This document shows positions 12,401 to 27,200 of a stretch of 64,000 nt of DNA, piece after piece. Each line of letters begins with the position of its first letter. The stretch's first letter is position 1. The DNA lies in NCBI GenBank assembly GCA_964016885.1, contig OZ024741.1, positions 209,746,001 through 209,810,000 on the forward strand. Direction: 5' to 3'. This stretch comes from Eledone cirrhosa. Taxonomy: Eukaryota. Below the pieces are notes generated by a model. The model searched no databases. It was not told the origin of the DNA and was given only the letters and a program-made list of their open reading frames with translations. The position numbers and the translations under genes were made by a program.

Positions 12401-15400
12401 ACCCCAACTTAACTTAACCGCAACTTAACTTAACCGCAACCTAACTTAACCCCAACTTAACTTAACCGCAACCTAACTTAACCCCAACTTAACTTAACCG
12501 CAACTTAACTTAACCCCAACCTAACTTAACCCCAACTTAACTTAACCGCAACTTAACTTAACCGCAACCTAACTTAACCCTAACTTAACTTAACCGCAAC
12601 TTAACTTAACCGCAACTTAGCTTAACCCCAACCCTTGGTGGGATCGATCTGTAATTACTGGTACATGTGCAGACACTCATTGGCTGTGTGTGGCCTGATT
12701 TTCAGAAAGATATCTCCGTAAAATAACGAGTGGTGGCTGCGTAAATTAATGAATTACGCACGAAAATGAGAAAATTTCGATTCTCGATCGTGGGCCGGCC
12801 GGATGTCGGATCGATTCGTAAATACAAGGATAATGTGCGGACACTCCTTGCCTGTGTGCCGCATGATTTTCAGGACGATATCTCCGTAAAATCAAGAGTT
12901 GATAACCCCAACTTAACTTAACCCCAACTTAACTTAACCGCAACTTAACTTAACCGCAACCTAACTTAACCCCAACTTAACTTAACCGCAACCTAACTTA
13001 ACCCCAACTTAACTTAACCGCAACTTAACTTAACCCCAACCTAACTTAACCCCAACTTAACTTAACCGCAACTTAACTTAACCGCAACCTAACTTAACCC
13101 CAACTTAACTTAACCGCAACTTAACTTAACCGCAACTTAGCTTAACCCCAACCCTTGGTGGGATCGATCTGTAATTACTGGTACATGTGCAGACACTCAT
13201 TGGCTGTGTGTGGCCTGATTTTCAGAAAGATATCTCCGTAAAATAACGAGTGGTGGCTGCGTAAAATAATGAATTACGCACGAAAATGAGAAAATTTCGA
13301 TTCTCGATCGTGGGCCGGCCGGATGTCGGATCGATTCGTAAATACAAGGATAATGTGCGGACACTCCTTGGCTGTGTGCGGCATGATTTTCAGGACGATA
13401 TCTCCGTAAAATCAAGAGTTGATAACCCCAACTTAACTTAACCCCAACTTAACTTAACCGCAACTTAACTTAACCGCAACCTAACTTAACCCCAACTTAA
13501 CTTAACCGCAACCTAACTTAACCCCAACTTAACTTAACCGCAACTTAACTTAACCCCAACCTAACTTTTCTCCAACTTAACTTAACCGCAACTTAACTTA
13601 ACCGCAACCTAACTTAACCCCAACTTAATTTAACCGCAACTTAACTTAACCTCAACTTAGCTTAACCCCAACCCTTGGTGGGATCGATCTGTAATTACTG
13701 GTACATGTGCAGACACTCATTGGCTGTGTGTGGCCTGATTTTCAGAAAGATATCTCCGTAAAATAACGAGTGGTGGCTGCGTAAAATAATGAATTACGCA
13801 CGAAAATGAGAAAATTTCGATTCTCGATCGTGGGCCGGCCGGATGTCGGATCGATTCGTAAATACAAGGATAATGTGCGGACACTCCTTGGCTGTGTGCG
13901 GCATGATTTACAGGACGATATCTCCGTAAAATCAAGAGTTGATAACCCCAACTTAACTTAACCCCAACTTAACTTAACCGCAACTTAACTTAACCGCAAC
14001 CTAACTTAACCCCAACTTAACTTAACCGCAACCTAACTTAACCCCAACTTAACTTAACCGCAACTTAACTTAACCCCAACCTAACTTAACCCCAACTTAA
14101 CTTAACCGCAACTTAACTTAACCGCAACCTAACTTAACCCCAACTTAACTTAACCGCAACTTAACTTAACCGCAACTTAGCTTAACCCCAACGCTTGGTG
14201 GGATCGATCTGTAATTACTGGTACATGTGCAGACACTCATTGGCTGTGTGTGGCCTGATTTTCAGAAAGATATCTCCGTAAAATAACGAGTGGTGGCTGC
14301 GTAAAATAATGAATTATGCACGAAAATGAGAAAATTTCGATTCTCGATCGTGGGCCGGCCGGATGTCGCATCGATTCGTAAATAGAAGGATAATGTGCGG
14401 ACACTCCTTGGCTGTGTGCGGCATGATTTTCAGGACGATATCTCCGTAAAATCAAGAGTTGATAACCCCAACTTAACTTAACCCCAACTTAACTTAACCG
14501 CAACTTAACTTAACCGCAACTTAACTTAACCGCAAACTAACTTAACCCCAACTTAACTTAACCGCAACCTAACTTAACCCCAACTTAACTTAACCGCAAC
14601 TTAACTTAACCCCAACCTAACTTAACCCCAACTTAACTTAACCGCAACTTAACTTAACCGCAACCTAACTTAACCCTAACTTAACTTAACCGCAACTTAA
14701 CTTAACCGCAACTTAGCTTAACCCCAACCCTTGGTGGGATCGATCTGTAATTACTGGTACATGTGCAGACACTCATTGGCTGTCTGTGGCCTGATTTTCA
14801 GAAAGATATCTCCGTAAAATAACGAGTGGTGGCTGCGTAAAATAATGAATTACGCACGAAAATGAGAAAATTTCGATTCTCGATCGTGGGCCGGCCGGAT
14901 GTCGGATCGATTCGTAAATACAAGGATAATGTGCGGAAACTCCTTGCCTGTGTGCCGCATGATTTTCAGGACGATATCTCCGTAAAATCAAGAGTTGATA
15001 ACCCCAACTTAACTTAACCCCAACTTAACTTAACCGCAACTTAACTTAACCGCAACCTAACTTAACCCCAACTTAACTTAACCGCAACCTAACTTAACCC
15101 CAACTTAACTTAACCGCAACTTAACTTAACCCCAACCTAACTTAACCCCAACTTAACTTAACCGCAACTTAACTTAACCGCAACCTAACTTAACCCCAAC
15201 TTAACTTAACCGCAACTTAACTTAACCGCAACTTAGCTTAACCCCAACCCTTGGTGGGATTGATCTGTAATTACTGGTACATGTGCAGACACTCATTGGC
15301 TGTGTGTGGCCTGATTTTCAGAAAGATATCTCCGTAAAATAACGAGTGGTGGCTGCGTAAAATAATGAATTACGCACGAAAATGAGAAAATTTCGATTCT

Positions 15401-17800
15401 CGATCGTGGGCCGGCCGGATGTCGGATCGATTCGTAAATACAAGGATAATGTGCGGACACTCCTTGCCTGTGAGCCGCATGATTTTCAGGACGATATCTC
15501 CGTAAAATCAAGAGTTGATAACCCCAACTTAACTTAACCCCAACTTAACTTAACCGCAACTTAACTTAACCGCAACCTAACTTAACCCCAACTTAACTTA
15601 ACCGCAACCTAACTTAACCCCAACTTAACTTAACCGCAACTTAACTTAACCCGAACCTAACTTAACCCCAACTTAACTTAACCGCAACTTAACTTAACCG
15701 CAACCTAACTTAACCCCAACTTAACTTAACCGCAACTTAACTTAACCGCAACTTAGCTTAACCCCAACCCTTAGTGGGATCGATCTGTAATTACTGGTAC
15801 ATGTGCAGACACTCATTGGCTGTGTGTGGCCTGATTTTCAGAAAGATATCTCCGTAAAATAACGAGTGGTGGCTGCGTAAAATAATGAATTACGCACGAA
15901 AATGAGAAAATTTCGATTCTCGATCGTGGGCCGGCTGGTTGTCGGATCGATTCGTAAATACAAGGATAATGTGCGGACACTCCTTGCCTGTGTGCCGCAT
16001 GATTTTCAGGACGATATCTCCGTAAAATCAAGAGTTGATAACCCCAACTTAACTTAACCCCAACTTAACTTAACCGCAACTTAACTTAACCGCAACCTAA
16101 CTTAACCCCAACTTAACTTAACCGCAACCTAACTTAACCCCAACTTAACTTAACCGCAACTTAACTTAACCCCAACCTAACTTAACCCCAACTTAACTTA
16201 ACCGCAACTTAACTTAACCGCAACCTAACTTAACCCCAGCTTAACTTAACCGCAACTTAACTTAACCGCAACTTAGCTTAACCCCAACCCTTGGTGGGAT
16301 CGATCTGTAATTACTGGTACATGTGCAGACACTCATTGGCTGTGTGTGGCCTGATTTTCAGAAAGATATCTCCGTAAAATAACGAGTGGTGGCTGCGTAA
16401 AATAATGAATTACGCACGAAAATGAGAAAATTTCGATTCTCGATCGTGGGCCGGCCGGATGTCGGATCGATTCGTAAATACAAGGATAATGTGCGGACAC
16501 TCCTTGGCTGTGTGCGGCATGATTTTCAGGACGATATCTCCGTAAAATCAAGAGTTGATAACCCCAACTTAACTTAACCCCAACTTAACTTAACCGCAAC
16601 TTAACTTAACCGCAACCTAACTTAACCCCAACTTAACTTAACCGCAACCTAACTTAACCCCAACTTAACTTAACCGCAACTTAACTTAACCCCAACCTAA
16701 CTTAACCCCAACTTAACTTAACCGCAACTTAACTTAACCGCAACCTAACTTAACCCTAACTTAACTTAACCGCAACTTAACTTAACCGCAACTTAGCTTA
16801 ACCCCAACCCTTGGTGGGATCGATCTGTAATTACTGGTACATGTGCAGACACTCATTGGCTGTGTGTGGCCTGATTTTCAGAAAGATATCTCCGTAAAAT
16901 AACGAGTGGTGGCTGCGTAAATTAATGAATTACGCACGAAAATGAGAAAATTTCGATTCTCGATCGTGGGCCGGCCGGATGTCGGATCGATTCGTAAATA
17001 CAAGGATAATGTGCGGACACTCCTTGCCTGTGTGCCGCATGATTTTCAGGACGATATCTCCGTAAAATCAAGAGTTGATAACCCCAACTTAACTTAACCC
17101 CAACTTAACTTAACCGCAACTTAACTTAACCGCAACCTAACTTAACCCCAACTTAACTTAACCGCAACCTAACTTAACCCCAACTTAACTTAACCGCAAC
17201 TTAACTTAACCCCAACCTAACTTAACCCCAACTTAACTTAACCGCAACTTAACTTAACCGCAACCTAACTTAACCCCAACTTAACTTAACCGCAACTTAA
17301 CTTAACCGCAACTTAGCTTAACCCCAACCCTTGGTGGGATCGATCTGTAATTACTGGTACATGTGCAGACACTCATTGGCTGTGTGTGGCCTGATTTTCA
17401 GAAAGATATCTCCGTAAAATAACGAGTGGTGGCTGCGTAAAATAATGAATTACGCACGAAAATGAGAAAATTTCGATTCTCGATCGTGGGCCGGCCGGAT
17501 GTCGGATCGATTCGTAAATACAAGGATAATGTGCGGACACTCCTTGGCTGTGTGCGGCATGATTTTCAGGACGATATCTCCGTAAAATCAAGAGTTGATA
17601 ACCCCAACTTAACTTAACCCCAACTTAACTTAACCGCAACTTAACTTAACCGCAACCTAACTTAACCCCAACTTAACTTAACCGCAACCTAACTTAACCC
17701 CAACTTAACTTAACCGCAACTTAACTTAACCCCAACCTAACTTAACCCCAACTTAACTTAACCGCAACTTAACTTAACCGCAACTTAGCTTAACCCCAAC
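9498..17800. repeat. 8-monomer HOR, 4176 bp, two adjacent copies (9498..13673 and 13674..~17800)
   Basis: An ordered marker series repeats at +4176 (7x520+536): TTTACAGG; AACGCTT/TTATGCA/CGCATCG; 16-unit minisatellite with GCAAACT; GGAAACT; GGATTGAT/GTGAGCC; CCCGAAC/CTTAGTGG/GGCTGGTT; CCAGCTT; CCCTAAC/AAATTAATG. Confidence 0.92.
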
Positions 17801-20800
17801 CCTTGGTGGGATCGATCTGTAATTACTGGTACATGTGCAGACACTCATTGGCTGTGTGTGGCCTGATTTTCAGAAAGATATCTCCGTAAAATAACGAGTG
17901 GTGGCTGCGTAAAATAATGAATTACGCACGAAAATGAGAAAATTTCGATTCTCGATCGTGGGCCGGCCGGATGTCGCATCGATTCGTAAATAGAAGGATA
18001 ATGTGCGGACACTCCTTGGCTGTGTGCGGCATGATTTTCAGGACGATATCTCCGTAAAATCAAGAGTTGATAACCCCAACTTAACTTAACCCCAACTTAA
18101 CTTAACCGCAACTTAACTTAACCGCAACCTAACTTAACCCCAACTTAACTTAACCGCAACCTAACTTAACCCCAACTTAACTTAACCGCAACTTAACTTA
18201 ACCCCAACCTAACTTAACCCCACCTTAACTTAACCGCAACTTAACTTAACCGCAACCTAACTTAACCCCAGCTTAACTTAACCGCAACTTAACTTAACCG
18301 CAACTTAGCTTAACCCCAACCCTTGGTGGGATCGATCTGTAATTACTGGTACATGTGCAGACACTCATTGGCTGTGTGTGGCCTGATTTTCAGAAAGATA
18401 TCTCCGTAAAATAACGAGTGGTGGCTGCGTAAAATAATGAATTACGCACGAAAATGAGAAAATTTCGATTCTCGATCGTGGGCCGGCCGGATGTCGGATC
18501 GATTCGTAAATACAAGGATAATGTGCGGACACTCCTTGGCTGTGTGCGGCATGATTTTCAGGACGATATCTCCGTAAAATCAAGAGTTGATAACCCCAAC
18601 TTAACTTAACCCCAACTTAACTTAACCGCAACTTAACTTAACCGCAACCTAACTTAACCCCAACTTAACTTAACCGCAACCTAACTTAACCCCAACTTAA
18701 CTTAACCGCAACTTAACTTAACCCCAACCTAACTTAACTCCAACTTAACTTAACCGCAACTTAACTTAACCGCAACCTAACTTAACCCCAACTTAATTTA
18801 ACCGCAACTTAACTTAACCGCAACTTAGCTTAACCCCAACCCTTGGTGGGATCGATCTGTAATTACTGGTACATGTGCAGACACTCATTGGCTGTGTGTG
18901 GCCTGATTTTCAGAAAGATATCTCCGTAAAATAACGAGTGGTGGCTGCGTAAAATAATGAATTACGCACGAAAATGAGAAAATTTCTATTCTCGATCGTG
19001 GGCCGGCCGGATGTCGGATCGATTCGTAAATACAAGGATAATGTGCGGACACTCCTTGGCTGTGTGCGGCATGATTTTCAGGACGATATTTCCGTAAAAT
19101 CAAGAGTTGATAACCCCAACTTAACTTAACCCCAACTTAACTTAACCCCAACTTAACTTAACCGCAACCTAACTTAACCCCAACTTAACTTAACCCCAAC
19201 CTAACTTAACCCCAACTTAACTTAACCGCAACTTAACTTAACCGCAACCTAACTTAACCCCAACTTAACTTAACCGCAACTTAACTTAACCGCAACTTAG
19301 CTTAACCCCAACCCTTGGTGGGATCGATCTGTAATTACTGGTACATGTGCAGACACTCATTGGCTGTGTGTGGCCTGATTTTCAGAAAGATATCTCCGTA
19401 AAATAACGAGTGGTGGCTGCGTAAAATAATGAATTACGCACGAAAATGAGAAAATTTCGATTCTCGATCGTGGGCCGGCCGGATGTCGGATCGATTCGTA
19501 AATACAAGGATAATGTGCGGACACTCCTTGGCTGTGTGCGGCATGATTTTCAGGACGATATCTCCGTAAAATCAAGAGTTGATAACCCCAACTTAACTTA
19601 ACCCCAACTTAACTTAACCGCAACTTAACTTAACCGCAACCTAACTTAACCCCAACTTAACTTAACCGCAACCTAACTTAACCCCAACTTAACTTAACCG
19701 CAACTTAACTTAACCCCAACCTAACTTAACCCCAACTTAACTTAACCGCAACTTAACTTAACCGCAACCTAACTTAACCCCAACTTAACTTAACCGCAAC
19801 TTAACTTAACCGCAACTTAGCTTAACCCCAACCCTTGGTGGGATCGATCTGTAATTACTGGTACATGTGCAGACACTCATTGGCTGTGTGTGGCCTGATT
19901 TTCAGAAAGATATCTCCGTAAAATAACGAGTGGTGGCTGCGTAAAATAATGAATTACGCACGAAAATGAGAAAATTTCGATTCTCGATCGTGGGCCGGCC
20001 GGATGTCGGATCGATTCGTAAATACAAGGATAATGTGCGGACACTCCTTGGCTGTGTGCGGCATGATTTTCAGGACGATATCTCCGTAAAATCAAGAGTT
20101 GATAACCCCAACTTAACTTAACCCCAACTTAACTTAACCGCAACTTAACTTAACCGCAACCTAACTTAACCCCAACTTAACTTAACCGCAACCTAACTTA
20201 ACCCCAACTTAACTTAACCGCAACTTAACTTAACCCCAACCTAACTTAACCCCAACTTAACTTAACCGCAACTTAACTTAACCGCAACCTAACTTAACCC
20301 CAACTTAACTTAACCGCAACTTAACTTAACCGCAACTTAGCTTAACCCCAACCCTTGGTGGGATCGATCTGTAATTACTGGTACATGTGCAGACACTCAT
20401 TGGCTGTGTGTGGCCTGATTTTCAGATAGATATCTCCGTAAAATAACGAGTGGTGGCTGCGTAAAATAATGAATTACGCACGAAAATGAGAAAATTTCGA
20501 TTCTCGATCGTGGGCCGGCCGGATGTCGGATCGATTCGTAAATACAAGGATAACGTGCGGACACTCCTTGCTGTGAGCCGCATGATTTTCAGGACGATAT
20601 CTCCGTAAAATCAAGAGTTGATAACCCCAACTTAACTTAACCCCAACTTAACTTAACCGCAACTTAACTTAACCGCAACCTAACTTAACCCCAACTTAAC
20701 TTAACCGCAACCTAACTTAACCCCAACTTAACTTAACCGCAACTTAACTTAACCCCAACCTAACTTAACCCCAACTTAACTTAACCGCAACTTAACTTAA

Positions 20801-21248
20801 CCGCAACCTAACTTAACCCTAACTTAACTTAACCGCAACTTAACTTAACCGCAACTTAGCTTAACCCCAACCCTTGGTGGGATCGATCTGTAATTACTGG
20901 TACATGTGCAAACACTCATTGGCTGTGTGTGGCCTGATTTTCAGAAAGATATCTCCGTAAAATAACGAGTGGTGGCTGCGTAAATTAATGAATTACGCAC
21001 GAAAATGAGAAAATTTCGATTCTCGATCGTGGGCCGGCCGGATGTCGGATCGATTCGTAAATACAAGGATAATGTGCGGACACTCCTTGGCTGTGTGCGG
21101 CATGATTTTCAGGACGATATCTCCGTAAAATCAAGAGTTGATAACCCCAACTTAACTTAACCGCAACTTAACTTAACCGCAACCTAACTTAACCCTAACT
21201 TAACTTAACCGCAACTTAACTTAACCGCAACTTAGCTTAACCCCAACC

Positions 21249-24200
21249 CTTGGTGGGATCGATCTGTAATTACTGGTACATGTGCAGACACTCATTGGCT
21301 GTGTGTGGCCTGATTTTAAGAAAGATATCTCCGTAAAATAACGAGTGGTGGCTGCGTAAAATAATGAATTACGCACGAAAATGAGAAAATTTCGATTCTC
21401 GATCGTGGGCCGGCCGGATGTCGGATCGATTCGTAAATACAAGGATAATGTGCGGACACTCCTTGCCTGTGTGCCGCATGATTTTCAGGACGATATCTCC
21501 GTAAAATCAAGAGTTGATAACCCCAACTTAACTTAACCCCAACTTAACTTAACCGCAACTTAACTTAACCGCAACCTAACTTAACCCCAACTTAACTTAA
21601 CCGCAACCTAACTTAACCCCAACTTAACTTAACCGCAACTTAACTTAACCCCAACCTAACTTAACCCCAACTTAACTTAACCGCAACTTAACTTAACCGC
21701 AACCTAACTTAACCCCAACTTAACTTAACCGCAACTTAACTTAACCGCAACTTAGCTTAACCCCAACCCTTGGTGGGATTGATCTGTAATTACTGGTACA
21801 TGTGTAGACACTCATTGGCTGTGTGTGGCCTGATTTTCAGAAAGATATCTCCGTAAAATAACGAGTGGTGGCTGCGTAAAATAATGAATTACGCACGAAA
21901 ATGAGAAAATTTCGATTCTCGATCGTGGGCCGGCCGGATGTCGGATCGATTCGTAAATACAAGGATAATGTGCGGACACTCCTTGCCTGTGAGCCGCATG
22001 ATTTTCAGGACGATATCTCCGTAAAATCAAGAGTTGATAACCCCAACTTAACTTAACCCCAACTTAACTTAACCGCAACTTAACTTAACCGCAACCTAAC
22101 TTAACCCCAACTTAACTTAACCGCAACCTAACTTAACCCCAACTTAACTTAACCGCAACTTAACTTAACCCGAACCTAACTTAACCCCAACTTAACTTAA
22201 CCGCAACTTAACTTAACCGCAACCTAACTTAACCCCAACTTAACTTAACCGCAACTTAACTTAACCGCAACTTAGCTTAACCCCAACCCTTAGTGGGATC
22301 GATCTGTAATTACTGGTACATGTGCAGACACTCATTGGCTGTGTGTGGCCTGATTTTCAGAAAGATATCTCCGTAAAATAACGAGTGGTGGCTGCGTAAA
22401 ATAATGAATTACGCACGAAAATGAGAAAATTTCGATTCTCGATCGTGGGCCGGCTGGTTGTCGGATCGATTCGTAAATACAAGGATAATGTGCGGACACT
22501 CCTTGCCTGTGTGCCGCATGATTTTCAGGACGATATCTCCGTAAAATCAAGAGTTGATAACCCCAACTTAACTTAACCCCAACTTAACTTAACCGCAACT
22601 TAACTTAACCGCAACCTAACTTAACCCCAACTTAACTTAACCGCAACCTAACTTAACCCCAACTTAACTTAACCGCAACTTAACTTAACCCCAACCTAAC
22701 TTAACCCCAACTTAACTTAACCGCAACTTAACTTAACCGCAACCTAACTTAACCCCAGCTTAACTTAAACGCAACTTAACTTAACCGCAACTTAGCTTAA
22801 CCCCAACCCTTGGTGGGATCGATCTGTAATTACTGGTACATGTGCAGACACTCATTGGCTGTGTGTGGCCTGATTTTCAGAAAGATATCTCCGTAAAATA
22901 ACGAGTGGTGGCTGCGTAAAATAATGAATTACGCACGAAAATGAGAAAATTTCGATTCTCGATCGTGGGCCGGCCGGATGTCGGATCGATTCGTAAATAC
23001 AAGGATAATGTGCGGACACTCCTTGGCTGTGTGCGGCATGATTTTCAGGACGATATCTCCGTAAAATCAAGAGTTGATAACCCCAACTTAACTTAACCCC
23101 AACTTAACTTAACCGCAACTTAACTTAACCGCAACCTAACTTAACCCCAACTTAACTTAACCGCAACCTAACTTAACCCCAACTTAACTTAACCGCAACT
23201 TAACTTAACCCCAACCTAACTTAACCCCAACTTAACTTAACCGCAACTTAACTTAACCGCAACCTAACTTAACCCTAACTTAACTTAACCGCAACTTAAC
23301 TTAACCGCAACTTAGCTTAACCCCAACCCTTGGTGGGATCGATCTGTAATTACTGGTACATGTGCAGACACTCATTGGCTGTGTGTGGCCTGATTTTCAG
23401 AAAGATATCTCCGTAAAATAACGAGTGGTGGCTGCGTAAATTAATGAATTACGCACGAAAATGAGAAAATTTCGATTCTCGATCGTGGGCCGGCCGGATG
23501 TCGGATCGATTCGTAAATACAAGGATAATGTGCGGACACTCCTTGCCTGTGTGCCGCATGATTTTCAGGACGATATCTCCGTAAAATCAAGAGTTGATAA
23601 CCCCAACTTAACTTAACCCCAACTTAACTTAACCGCAACTTAACTTAACCGCAACCTAACTTAACCCCAACTTAACTTAACCGCAACCTAACTTAACCCC
23701 AACTTAACTTAACCGCAACTTAACTTAACCCCAACCTAACTTAACCCCAACTTAACTTAACCGCAACTTAACTTAACCGCAACCTAACTTAACCCCAACT
23801 TAACTTAACCGCAACTTAACTTAACCGCAACTTAGCTTAACCCCAACCCTTGGTGGGATCGATCTGTAATTACTGGTACATGTGCAGACACTCATTGGCT
23901 GTGTGTGGCCTGATTTTCAGAAAGATATCTCCGTAAAATAACGAGTGGTGGCTGCGTAAATTAATGAATTACGCACGAAAATGAGAAAATTTCGATTCTC
24001 GATCGTGGGCCGGCCGGATGTCGGATCGATTCGTAAATACAAGGATAATGTGCGGACACTCCTTGCCTGTGTGCCGCATGATTTTCAGGACGATATCTCC
24101 GTAAAATCAAGAGTTGATAACCCCAACTTAACTTAACCCCAACTTAACTTAACCGCAACTTAACTTAACCGCAACCTAACTTAACCCCAACTTAACTTAA

Positions 24201-27200
24201 CCGCAACCTAACTTAACCCCAACTTAACTTAACCGCAACTTAACTTAACCCCAACCTAACTTAACCCCAACTTAACTTAACCGCAACTTAACTTAACCGC
24301 AACCTAACTTAACCCCAACTTAACTTAACCGCAACTTAACTTAACCGCAACTTAGCTTAACCCCAACCCTTGGTGGGATCGATCTGTAATTACTGGTACA
24401 TGTGCAGACACTCATTGGCTGTGTGTGGCCTGATTTTCAGAAAGATATCTCCGTAAAATAACGAGTGGTGGCTGCGTAAAATAATGAATTACGCACGAAA
24501 ATGAGAAAATTTCGATTCTCGATCGTGGGCCGGCCGGATGTCGGATCGATTCGTAAATACAAGGATAATGTGCGGACACTCCTTGGCTGTGTGCGGCATG
24601 ATTTTCAGGACGATATCTCCGTAAAATCAAGAGTTGATAACCCCAACTTAACTTAACCCCAACTTAACTTAACCGCAACTTAACTTAACCGCAACCTAAC
24701 TTAACCCCAACTTAACTTAACCGCAACCTAACTTAACCCCAACTTAACTTAACCGCAACTTAACTTAACCCCAACCTAACTTAACTCCAACTTAACTTAA
24801 CCGCAACTTAACTTAACCGCAACCTAACTTAACCCCAACTTAATTTAACCGCAACTTAACTTAACCGCAACTTAGCTTAACCCCAACCCTTGGTGGGATC
24901 GATCTGTAATTACTGGTACATGTGCAGACACTCATTGGCTGTGTGTGGCCTGATTTTCAGAAAGATATCTCCGTAAAATAACGAGTGGTGGCTGCGTAAA
25001 ATAATGAATTACGCACGAAAATGAGAAAATTTCGATTCTCGATCGTGGGCCGGCCGGATGTCGGATCGATTCGTAAATACAAGGATAATGTGCGGACACT
25101 CCTTGGCTGTGTGCGGCATGATTTACAGGACGATATCTCCGTAAAATCAAGAGTTGATAACCCCAACTTAACTTAACCCCAACTTAACTTAACCGCAACT
25201 TAACTTAACCGCAACCTAACTTAACCCCAACTTAACTTAACCGCAACCTAACTTAACCCCAACTTAACTTAACCGCAACTTAACTTAACCCCAACCTAAC
25301 TTAACCCCAACTTAACTTAACCGCAACTTAACTTAACCGCAACCTAACTTAACCCCAACTTAACTTAACCGCAACTTAACTTAACCGCAACTTAGCTTAA
25401 CCCCAACGCTTGGTGGGATCGATCTGTAATTACTGGTACATGTGCAGACACTCATTGGCTGTGTGTGGCCTGATTTTCAGAAAGATATCTCCGTAAAATA
25501 ACGAGTGGTGGCTGCGTAAAATAATGAATTATGCACGAAAATGAGAAAATTTCGATTCTCGATCGTGGGCCGGCCGGATGTCGCATCGATTCGTAAATAG
25601 AAGGATAATGTGCGGACACTCCTTGGCTGTGTGCGGCATGATTTTCAGGACGATATCTCCGTAAAATCAAGAGTTGATAACCCCAACTTAACTTAACCCC
25701 AACTTAACTTAACCGCAACTTAACTTAACCGCAACTTAACTTAACCGCAAACTAACTTAACCCCAACTTAACTTAACCGCAACCTAACTTAACCCCAACT
25801 TAACTTAACCGCAACTTAACTTAACCCCAACCTAACTTAACCCCAACTTAACTTAACCGCAACTTAACTTAACCGCAACCTAACTTAACCCTAACTTAAC
25901 TTAACCGCAACTTAACTTAACCGCAACTTAGCTTAACCCCAACCCTTGGTGGGATCGATCTGTAATTACTGGTACATGTGCAGACACTCATTGGCTGTCT
26001 GTGGCCTGATTTTCAGAAAGATATCTCCGTAAAATAACGAGTGGTGGCTGCGTAAAATAATGAATTACGCACGAAAATGAGAAAATTTCGATTCTCGATC
26101 GTGGGCCGGCCGGATGTCGGATCGATTCGTAAATACAAGGATAATGTGCGGAAACTCCTTGCCTGTGTGCCGCATGATTTTCAGGACGATATCTCCGTAA
26201 AATCAAGAGTTGATAACCCCAACTTAACTTAACCCCAACTTAACTTAACCGCAACTTAACTTAACCGCAACCTAACTTAACCCCAACTTAACTTAACCGC
26301 AACCTAACTTAACCCCAACTTAACTTAACCGCAACTTAACTTAACCCCAACCTAACTTAACCCCAACTTAACTTAACCGCAACTTAACTTAACCGCAACC
26401 TAACTTAACCCCAACTTAACTTAACCGCAACTTAACTTAACCGCAACTTAGCTTAACCCCAACCCTTGGTGGGATTGATCTGTAATTACTGGTACATGTG
26501 CAGACACTCATTGGCTGTGTGTGGCCTGATTTTCAGAAAGATATCTCCGTAAAATAACGAGTGGTGGCTGCGTAAAATAATGAATTACGCACGAAAATGA
26601 GAAAATTTCGATTCTCGATCGTGGGCCGGCCGGATGTCGGATCGATTCGTAAATACAAGGATAATGTGCGGACACTCCTTGCCTGTGAGCCGCATGATTT
26701 TCAGGACGATATCTCCGTAAAATCAAGAGTTGATAACCCCAACTTAACTTAACCCCAACTTAACTTAACCGCAACTTAACTTAACCGCAACCTAACTTAA
26801 CCCCAACTTAACTTAACCGCAACCTAACTTAACCCCAACTTAACTTAACCGCAACTTAACTTAACCCGAACCTAACTTAACCCCAACTTAACTTAACCGC
26901 AACTTAACTTAACCGCAACCTAACTTAACCCCAACTTAACTTAACCGCAACTTAACTTAACCGCAACTTAGCTTAACCCCAACCCTTAGTGGGATCGATC
27001 TGTAATTACTGGTACATGTGCAGACACTCATTGGCTGTGTGTGGCCTGATTTTCAGAAAGATATCTCCGTAAAATAACGAGTGGTGGCTGCGTAAAATAA
27101 TGAATTACGCACGAAAATGAGAAAATTTCGATTCTCGATCGTGGGCCGGCTGGTTGTCGGATCGATTCGTAAATACAAGGATAATGTGCGGACACTCCTT

